This document shows positions 26,541-32,241 of a DNA stretch of 32,241 nt, one piece after another. Position numbers and translations under genes: made by a program. The DNA is from a virus. Lineage: Duplodnaviria; Caudoviricetes. The notes under the pieces are model-generated. The model was not told the DNA's origin, searched no databases, and saw nothing but the letters and a program-made list of their open reading frames with translations. The DNA lies in the IMG/VR virus record IMGVR_UViG_3300032219_001435, positions 1-32,241 of that record, one strand, 5' to 3'. Each line of letters starts with the position of its first letter. Positions within the stretch are counted from its first letter, which is position 1.

Positions 26541-26585
26541 GCCTGCTCGCTGGTCGGGATCAGCAGCCTACTAGCGCGAGCAGGC
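26541..26585 (-). promoter_or_regulatory. RBS-occluding hairpin in the adaptor gene leader
   Basis: Perfect 10-bp stem GCCTGCTCGC / GCGAGCAGGC (26576-26585 with 26541-26550). The 3' arm carries the SD-like GAGCAGG and ends 3 nt before the ATG. Confidence 0.55.
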
Positions 26586-26600
26586 ATCTCTGGCGGGGTG

Positions 26601-26629
26601 ACTATACAAGAAGTGGCGTCCGGCAACAA
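26601..26629 (-). promoter_or_regulatory. Putative sigma70-like promoter
   Basis: - strand TTGTTG-N17-TATAGT in a GC-rich intergenic gap. Confidence 0.4.
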
Positions 26630-26645
26630 GCCAGACGCCCCTACT
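26607..26645 (-). terminator. Putative intrinsic terminator after the 182-aa gene
   Basis: - strand GGCGTCTGGC-TTGTT-GCCGGACGCC stem directly after the stop, followed by ACTTCTTGT (weak U-tract). Confidence 0.55.
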
Positions 26646-27194
26646 TCAGCACTTGCCCTTCGGCATGACGGCAAGGCCGCCCGTCTTGCGGCGCATCATC
26701 CCGCGCATCTCAGCGCCTTCCTGCGCCGACATGCGGTTGCCGCTGGCCACGCTGGCACCCACCGGCGGCAGCATCGGCTCACGGCGCGTGGCCGGAACGC
26801 GCTTCTTCATCTCGCGCATCATGCGCATCTCGCGCTCGGTCATGGCACCCATGCCCTTCTCGCGGCGCATCATCTCGCGCATCTCGCGGGCTTCCATTTC
26901 GGCCATGCGGTTGCCGCTGGCTGCGCTCTCGGCGGGCGACGGCATCTTCACGCCACCGCCCATTGCCTTCTTCATCGGCATCTTGCCGGCTTCGCTCATG
27001 GCAATCGCCATCGCCTGCTTCGGGCTCTTGACCTTCGGGCCTTCCTTTGAGCCGCTGTGCAGCTCGCCCTTCTTGAACTCGCCCATGACCTTGGCGATCT
27101 TGGCACCAGCCTTGGCGCTGCCGCCCTTGGCGTAGCCGTCAACCATGCCGCCGCCCATGTACTTCATCTTGGTGCTGTCTTTGAAGCCGTCCAT
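26646..27194 (-). CDS. Met/Lys-rich basic protein with a DUF6496-like module
   Basis: KIAKVMGEFKKGELHSGSKEGPKVKSPKQAMAIAMSEA matches the DUF6496 pattern from recall. Several xxxGG motifs, a duplicated SxASGNRM, and a GGLAVMPK C-terminus. Confidence 0.75.
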   Translation of the reverse strand: MDGFKDSTKMKYMGGGMVDGYAKGGSAKAGAKIAKVMGEFKKGELHSGSKEGPKVKSPKQAMAIAMSEAGKMPMKKAMGGGVKMPSPAESAASGNRMAEMEAREMREMMRREKGMGAMTEREMRMMREMKKRVPATRREPMLPPVGASVASGNRMSAQEGAEMRGMMRRKTGGLAVMPKGKC

Positions 27195-27198
27195 TGCC

Positions 27199-27456
27199 CT
27201 ATCCCTTCACACGAAAACTGGCGGTCTTTTCCGCAACCTTCTTCGGCTGCTTGGCGAACTGTTTGCCAGCGGCAGTCGCCTTTCGTTTTGCGCGGGTGGT
27301 CGCGGCGTACTCCTTGACCGACAGCGACTTGATCGCGTTGGCGGGCAGGTATCGCTCGCCTGTCGCATCCGGGCCCTGCGTAGACGGCTTGCCGGACTTG
27401 GTGCGCCAGTCCTGCTTCGTCCACGCCTTGAGGCTCTGCTGCGACTTCTTAATCAC
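27199..27456 (-). CDS. Small basic protein corresponding to the C-terminal half of DUF5872-type proteins
   Basis: SQQSLKAWTKQDWRTKSG...GERYLP...EYAATTRAKRK...GKQF. It overlaps the end of the upstream gene. Confidence 0.72.
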   Translation of the reverse strand: MIKKSQQSLKAWTKQDWRTKSGKPSTQGPDATGERYLPANAIKSLSVKEYAATTRAKRKATAAGKQFAKQPKKVAEKTASFRVKG

Positions 27457-28342
27457 GGTAGCCGCCGCCCTTGGCCTTGTACTGCTGCGCCAGCATCTGC
27501 GCCTTGCGGGCAGACCACTGCCCCGGCGCGCCGCCCTTGCCGCCTGATTTGATCGAGTTGAACAGCGACTTTCGCATGCCCGGCTTGGTGTAGTTGCCCG
27601 CCTCGTTGACGCGCGACTCGCCGCCCTCGGCGTAGCCCTCGACCATGCCGCCCTCGGCCTTGCAGTCCCACTTCCGCAGCGCCAGCGCCTTGCGCGTCGG
27701 CTTGCCGTTGTCGTCCTTCATCGGGCCTTCCATGCCACCCATCCGGGCGCAGAAGCTCTTGCGCCGCGCGGCCGCCTTGGGCGACTTCTTGGCCTGTTTC
27801 GCGCTCACGGGCGGCTTGATGTCCTGCCCCTGCGCCTTCAGCGAGGCGCGGCCCTTGGCGTTGAGGCCACCCTCGGGGTTCTTGCCCTCTTTTCGCGTCC
27901 ACGCGCCGCCTCCAGAGGCGTATTCGTCGCGTTTTACGGCGAAATCGTCACTTTTGACGTGTCCGCCCTTCTTGAAGGGCAGTCGAACACCCGCGCTGAT
28001 GCCGCGCTGCGCCGGATTGTAGCCGACATCGGCCGAAAAGCCGGGAGACTGGTAGCCGACGCCCACATTCGTCACCTGCGGCGGCCTCGCGGGCATGTTC
28101 GGCTGCGCGCCCATGCGTCCGACGCCCAGATTGGCGCTAAAACCGCCGCCCAGAGGCGCATTTACGTTCATTTGCTGCATCTGCGGCGTGGCCTGCACGT
28201 TCACGCGCTGTGACAACCGCTGCAGGAGGCCCGGATCCGCCGGCATCTGGCCCACATTCGGCCGCTGAGACACGCTCAGGGCGTCGTTGATCTCGTCACG
28301 CGCCCGCATTGCGTTGAGATCGAAGGCGAAGCCGCCGGGCAT
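27449..28342 (-). CDS. Multi-module basic protein: Q-rich N-terminal domain, DUF6321-like module and DUF5872-like N-terminal module
   Basis: AWTRKEGKNPEGGLNAKGRAS...RRKSFCARM...ALRKWDC and NYTKPGMRK...GGKGGAPGQWSARKAQMLAQQYKAKGGGY. Modules are separated by FKKGG, YASGG and KAEGG/YAEGG linkers. Confidence 0.75.
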   Translation of the reverse strand: MPGGFAFDLNAMRARDEINDALSVSQRPNVGQMPADPGLLQRLSQRVNVQATPQMQQMNVNAPLGGGFSANLGVGRMGAQPNMPARPPQVTNVGVGYQSPGFSADVGYNPAQRGISAGVRLPFKKGGHVKSDDFAVKRDEYASGGGAWTRKEGKNPEGGLNAKGRASLKAQGQDIKPPVSAKQAKKSPKAAARRKSFCARMGGMEGPMKDDNGKPTRKALALRKWDCKAEGGMVEGYAEGGESRVNEAGNYTKPGMRKSLFNSIKSGGKGGAPGQWSARKAQMLAQQYKAKGGGYRD

Positions 28343-29925
28343 CAGGCAACCCTCTGCGCTACAAGGATTACGGACGGGATCGCTGGCGCGATCGCGCCCG
28401 CCGGGAGGGCATCGATTGTCACCGCCGCGTTCTCAGGCAGCCACATGATTTCGATATTCTGGCCTGCCGTCACGGTCTCAAAGAAGACGATCTGAGCGAA
28501 TGTCGCGCCGCCATCGGCGGCCTTGGGAATGTTCACGATGCTGGCAGAATTGGCGATGTTGGTGCCGCTCTTCCTGAACCAGAACGTCGCGTCGTGATCG
28601 CTGCCATCTGTGTTTTTAAACTGAATGCTCGGCGCGAGCATGTACGTGCCCGCCGCCGCAAACGTGATTTGGGTGCTGGAGACGATGTTGATCCCAGTGC
28701 CAGTCAAGCCGTCGGTGAACGAAACTGCTGTGGCGGAAGACACGTTGCCGGTTTGGTCTGCGGTGCTGAACGACGAAATGTACGCGCGCCCGTCCACGTC
28801 CGCGAATGGGATCGTGGCACTTGCCGTCATAGGGGTCGTGCCCGTCCCCTTGACGTATCCCGTGAGCGTGGACGCGCCCGTGCCGCCATTGGCCACGGTC
28901 AGGTCGTTCGTCAGTGTCAGGGTGCCAATGGTCGCAGCCGTTGTTACCACCGTGTCGGCATTGATGACGCTAAAATAATCGATGGCGTTCAGGTTGGTGC
29001 CGGCGAAGGTCGAGTTGGTCTTGTCGTACACGAGGTTTAAAATGCTATACGACCCCGCCAAGCTCACCCGCTCCGGGCCAGACGCGGTTGAGTTCAGGAC
29101 GAAGCTGTTCGCCAGCGTAATGAAGGTGCCGACACTCGATGTCACGGCGTTGGTCGCGGCGCTCGCGGCAAAGATGGCGCAGCCGTCGAAGTTCAAAGTC
29201 CCGGCGGTGACGCTCGGGGTGCGGACTTGAAAGCAGTCCTTGATCAAGACATTGGCGCTGGCGTTGTTCACGGCCACCGCCCAGCATTTGTTGCCCACGA
29301 TGGAAACCGTCCCGGCTCCCGAAATCTGCACGCCTGAGACGCACTGCAACTCGCTGTCGATGATCTCGACGTAGTTAGACCCGGATTTGATGACCTGCGT
29401 GTCAACAGTGCAGTTCGAGATGTACGTGTTGCCGCTGCCCGTGATGGTCAGGTTGTTCATCTTCAGGCCGGACACGCGAGCCGCTGCGGACAGGGTCAGC
29501 GTCCCGTTGATCTGAGTGTTCGCGCCCGTCAGCTCGCTGGTGGCGATCGTCACGTTGGCCGAACTCACCGTCGGGCTCTCGGTGTACGTGCCGGGGTGCA
29601 CAAGCACCGTGTTCCTGCCCGCACCCACCAAGGTCAACGCCTTCGTGATCGTCAGAACCGGATTGATCAGCGTGCCATCACCCGTCGTGTCGTTCCCGTC
29701 TTTGCTGACGTGGATTTCCAGCGAGAAGACCGAGTAGCTCCCGACCGTACGGCCGGTGCCGCCGTTGGCCACGGGCAGCACGTTGCCCGCGCTGGTGGAG
29801 TAGGTGGCGGCGATCTGGGCCGCCGTCACCTTCTTGCTGGCGCTGGTCTGTACCGTCTCGAACAGCTCGGTGCCGGCCAGCGGAACAGTAGCGGCGAGAA
29901 GATCGGTAATCTTGACGTTAGCCAT
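28342..29925 (-). CDS. Spike/fibre protein with a pectin-lyase-like beta-helix and a C-terminal jelly-roll (C1q/TNF-like) tip
   Basis: N-terminal MANVKITDL. IHVSKDGNDTTGDGTLINPVLTITKAL...VLVHPGTYTE is a typical beta-helix cap, followed by beta-helix repeats, VANGGTG spacers and a C-terminal ITFAAAGTYMLAPSIQF domain. Confidence 0.78.
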   Translation of the reverse strand: MANVKITDLLAATVPLAGTELFETVQTSASKKVTAAQIAATYSTSAGNVLPVANGGTGRTVGSYSVFSLEIHVSKDGNDTTGDGTLINPVLTITKALTLVGAGRNTVLVHPGTYTESPTVSSANVTIATSELTGANTQINGTLTLSAAARVSGLKMNNLTITGSGNTYISNCTVDTQVIKSGSNYVEIIDSELQCVSGVQISGAGTVSIVGNKCWAVAVNNASANVLIKDCFQVRTPSVTAGTLNFDGCAIFAASAATNAVTSSVGTFITLANSFVLNSTASGPERVSLAGSYSILNLVYDKTNSTFAGTNLNAIDYFSVINADTVVTTAATIGTLTLTNDLTVANGGTGASTLTGYVKGTGTTPMTASATIPFADVDGRAYISSFSTADQTGNVSSATAVSFTDGLTGTGINIVSSTQITFAAAGTYMLAPSIQFKNTDGSDHDATFWFRKSGTNIANSASIVNIPKAADGGATFAQIVFFETVTAGQNIEIMWLPENAAVTIDALPAGAIAPAIPSVILVAQRVA

Positions 29926-29937
29926 GCGGCGACCCTC

Positions 29938-30264
29938 TTAGGCGGTGGACTGCTGAACCACGGTAACGCGCAGAACGCCAGTGCCCGAAGCGGTGTTGAT
30001 ACGCACGGCACGCATCAGCGTGGTCGTAGATCCGGTCTGGCTGGTCGTTGCGCCGACAAGCGCGGCGACCGGGTGCGACACGGCTTGCTGGGTGATCGAC
30101 GTGTTGAACGGGTCTTCGTTGGTAAACTGCACGGTGTAGTTCGCGCTGCCGCTCACCAGCGTGACCGAGATGGTCGTCACCTGATTGGGCGTGTAGATGT
30201 CCAGCGGCCACCACGTGCCGGTAGACGCGCCGCTCACCGTGATCGTCTGCTCAATGGGACGCAT
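29938..30264 (-). CDS. Small beta-rich structural protein (108 aa)
   Basis: RBS GAAGGA, Thr/Val-rich, located in the head-gene block. Confidence 0.75.
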   Translation of the reverse strand: MRPIEQTITVSGASTGTWWPLDIYTPNQVTTISVTLVSGSANYTVQFTNEDPFNTSITQQAVSHPVAALVGATTSQTGSTTTLMRAVRINTASGTGVLRVTVVQQSTA

Positions 30265-30284
30265 TGGTGTGTCCTTCTATGCTA

Positions 30285-30326
30285 GAGAGCAGGCCGAGCG
30301 CACTTCCATTCGCTCGGCCTGCTCTC
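30285..30326. terminator. Perfect 16-bp hairpin (terminator or processing stem) downstream of the 147-aa gene
   Basis: GAGAGCAGGCCGAGCG-10 nt loop-CGCTCGGCCTGCTCTC, with no U-tract on either side. Confidence 0.55.
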
Positions 30327-30333
30327 ATGCCAA

Positions 30334-30777
30334 TTACGCGGCGACCGCACCGTTCAGGGCGACGATGTCCCAACCCGAAACGGTGTAGATCAGCATCGCG
30401 CTGTCGCCCACGTTGGTGAACGTGATGGTGGTGAAGCCGATCTTGGTGGTGGGAGTCAGCACGGCCGAGCCGCCGTCAACCACGTGGCTGATGATCTTGA
30501 TCTGGCCCACGACACCGTTGGCCAAGGTCAGGGCCTGCGCCGCGCCAGTGGTGGTCAGGGAGGTGAGCATGTCGGTCAGGTTGACCGCGCCCGCGCCGGA
30601 CAGCGCCTGATTGGTGGCGATCACGTCGCCGGTGATGTTACCAGTAACGTCGCCGGCGACGTTGCCGGTGACGTTGCCGGTGACGTTGCCGGTGATGTTG
30701 CCGGTGATGTTGCCGGTGACGGTGCCGATGAAGCCGTTGGTCGAGGTGACCGGCCCTGAGAATGTGGTCGAAGCCAT
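30334..30777 (-). CDS. Putative capsid decoration/head fibre protein with (N/D)(I/V)TG tetrapeptide repeats
   Basis: MASTTFSGPV start, then 12-bp-period repeats (about 30625-30726) encoding G-N-I/V-T and a small beta C-domain. First structural gene after the capsid gene. RBS AAGGA. Confidence 0.72.
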   Translation of the reverse strand: MASTTFSGPVTSTNGFIGTVTGNITGNITGNVTGNVTGNVAGDVTGNITGDVIATNQALSGAGAVNLTDMLTSLTTTGAAQALTLANGVVGQIKIISHVVDGGSAVLTPTTKIGFTTITFTNVGDSAMLIYTVSGWDIVALNGAVAA

Positions 30778-30779
30778 GA

Positions 30780-31463
30780 TCAGTCCTTATGCACAAGTCG
30801 CCTGTCAGTCTGTGCATCGTCCGCTGGGCCGGTCTGACAAGCTGGGGTTTGCCCAGATTGTCTATGATATAGCACATACGTTTGTGCCTTGGCTAGTAGC
30901 CCCTCGTCATCGTTGAAGAGGCCCAGACCGCGATTGCAGTTCGAGCAAAGCAGGGCGCGGATCGCGCCGGTGACGTGGTCGTGATCGATGGCGAGATCCT
31001 TCGTCTTGCCGTACCTGCTATCAACAGCCCCCTCGGGTCGAGAGCAAATGGCGCACACGCCGTTCTGCGCTTGAAACAATTTTTCGTAGTCTTGCGCCGT
31101 AAAACCTTGCGCTCTCCAATCTCTGGTTTTGAGATAGTGGGGGTGGCATATGCCAAGAGCGTAAACGTGATTGTCGCAGGTTTTGATTGAGCAGACAGCA
31201 AAAGGCTTAGTTCGATCTCGGTTTTTAACATGCCCGTGCCGCAGTTTGCGCTGGTAGTGCTTCTTGCACAGCCCGTGCGCCTTCACCGGCTCCGCGCAGC
31301 CTTCCGCCACGCACTCGGGCGGCTTTTCGCGCTCACGGGTGCGGATTTCTGGAGTTACCGGCGCACCGCGTCGAAGTTGCATGTAGTGCGTCTGGCAGTA
31401 GCCGCGCGCCTTGTGAGGCCGATCGCATCCGGCCATCGTGCAAGTGTCGTGTTCTTTGAGCAT
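30780..31463 (-). CDS. Free-standing endonuclease VII-type HNH (putative homing) endonuclease with three N-terminal Cys/His zinc-binding repeats
   Basis: AQNGVCAIC...LAIDHDHVTGAIRALLCSNCNRGLGLFND (Endonuclease_7 family) and three C-x4-C...G-x-C-x2-HY repeats. More AT-rich than its flanks. Likely start is ATG at 31463. Confidence 0.88.
   Translation of the reverse strand: MLKEHDTCTMAGCDRPHKARGYCQTHYMQLRRGAPVTPEIRTREREKPPECVAEGCAEPVKAHGLCKKHYQRKLRHGHVKNRDRTKPFAVCSIKTCDNHVYALGICHPHYLKTRDWRAQGFTAQDYEKLFQAQNGVCAICSRPEGAVDSRYGKTKDLAIDHDHVTGAIRALLCSNCNRGLGLFNDDEGLLAKAQTYVLYHRQSGQTPACQTGPADDAQTDRRLVHKD
30783..30856 (-). ncRNA. Candidate cis-regulatory structured RNA (double pseudoknot) in the leader of the decoration gene
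   Basis: - strand CTGGGC AAACCCCA GCTTGTCAG A CCG GCCCAG CGG ACG ATGCACA GA CTGACAGGC GACT TGTGCAT AAGGA. Four complementary pairings are visible, and the last abuts the SD. Confidence 0.5.
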
Positions 31464-31519
31464 AAAAAGACCCCCATCGGTTGGTAGGATGCGTATCCTA
31501 GTCACCGATGGGGGCTTTT
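31464..31519 (-). terminator. Intrinsic terminator after the major capsid gene (likely bidirectional)
   Basis: - strand CCCCCATCGGT GAC TAGGAT ACGC ATCCTA CCA ACCGATGGGGG followed by TCTTTTT. There is a T-run on the other side as well. Confidence 0.85.
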
Positions 31520-31553
31520 ACAAGGGGTTTTTAATCCCTTGTTTTACAAGGGC

Positions 31554-32241
31554 TTAGATGCCCGGAGTGCCGAATACGCCACGGGGGTCAGTCCAGCCGA
31601 AGGCATAACGCTCGGTTGCCTTGTAGCGCATGCTGTCGGTTTCGAAGTCACCTTCCATCGACTTCTCGAGGCCGCGACGCATCGCGAGCTTGAGGCCTTC
31701 CGGCGCGTCAGTCTCGACCCAGAAGGCCGTGTTGGAGGTGATACGCGACAGGTTGGCCTGACCGTCAGTGAGCAACCCGAGACTTTTGACTGGGTTGATA
31801 TCATTGTCGGCAGTGCCTGCACGCAGGACGCTCTTCAGCAGCACTTCGGCTTGGAAGACGTTCGACGGGCCGGTCACGATCTTCTTCGGCGTCAGGCGGA
31901 TACGCTTGCCGTTGTTGTCAACAGCGTTGCGGATCTGGATCAGCAACTGCTCCAGCGAGGTCTGCGACAGAGCCGCAGCCACGTTGAGCTGGTTGCTGAA
32001 CGTGCCGTTGGCGATCGGGTGGTTGTTGGCCACCAGCGACACGCCGTCGCCGCCCGGATACGAGCCGTTGAAGGCACGGTTCAGGACGTTGGCACCCAGC
32101 GTTTCCTTCGTCTCGATCAGCGACTGCGCGAGGTGACGCGCATAGGTCTGACCGATTCGGATGTGGTCGCCGTCTTCCAGCAGCACCTTGGTCAGGGCGA
32201 AGGCCAGACCGTAGACGCGATAGACGTAGCGCTGGATGAAC
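31554..32241 (-). CDS. Major capsid protein (HK97 fold; often annotated Mu gpT-like), 5'-partial
   Basis: The frame is open to the window end (FIQRYVYRVYGLAFALTKVLLED...). Motifs AFNGSYPGGDGVSL...HP, LSQTSLEQ, GTADNDINP and GDFETDSMRYKATERYAFGWTDPRGVFG. Followed by a strong terminator. Confidence 0.9.
   Translation of the reverse strand, partial: FIQRYVYRVYGLAFALTKVLLEDGDHIRIGQTYARHLAQSLIETKETLGANVLNRAFNGSYPGGDGVSLVANNHPIANGTFSNQLNVAAALSQTSLEQLLIQIRNAVDNNGKRIRLTPKKIVTGPSNVFQAEVLLKSVLRAGTADNDINPVKSLGLLTDGQANLSRITSNTAFWVETDAPEGLKLAMRRGLEKSMEGDFETDSMRYKATERYAFGWTDPRGVFGTPGI

Noticed and set aside
31464-31505. ORF-track start of the endonuclease at 31505
   Set aside because: It lies inside the terminator hairpin; ATG at 31463 starts just before the first Cys repeat.
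30780-31553. Group I intron or intein around the HNH gene
   Set aside because: The capsid gene ends normally with a stop and terminator and the downstream gene is intact; the endonuclease is intergenic.
1-32241. tRNA/rRNA genes, integrase/att sites, alternative genetic code
   Set aside because: No cloverleaf or rRNA-like segments were seen, intergenic gaps are tiny, and genes tile the window under the standard code.

Overview
This window is part of a GC-rich tailed dsDNA phage or prophage genome with a podovirus-like layout. The host is a diderm bacterium, because a spanin pair is present; an alphaproteobacterial host is only a guess. Positions 1-2.3 kb (+ strand) hold the end of an early/replication block: a partial hypothetical gene, a SNF2-type helicase and two small genes. 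Positions 2.2-32.2 kb (- strand) hold one long late/structural block, read right to left: major capsid protein (partial), a free-standing endonuclease VII/HNH gene, putative decoration proteins, a beta-helix spike, small basic DUF6321/DUF5872/DUF6496-like head-region proteins, an adaptor, two long fibres (one with an S74 chaperone domain), a lysis cassette (three small membrane proteins, GH19 endolysin, i/o-spanins), connector and nozzle proteins, four putative ejection proteins and three terminal 'cargo' genes, one a ParB-like plus ADP-ribosyltransferase fusion. No tRNA, rRNA, CRISPR array or integrase was seen. The most interesting signals are: (1) a shared peptide tag (x-x-x-GG and [LFY]AV[KMRN], e.g. 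KARGGLAVK) on unrelated putative internal virion proteins, with the effector gene bounded by near-identical gene-junction repeats; (2) a double-pseudoknot RNA abutting the RBS of the gene downstream of the capsid gene; (3) a tail fibre built as an in-frame array of variable modules separated by nucleotide-conserved repeats. Family names come from motif recall, not from database searches.
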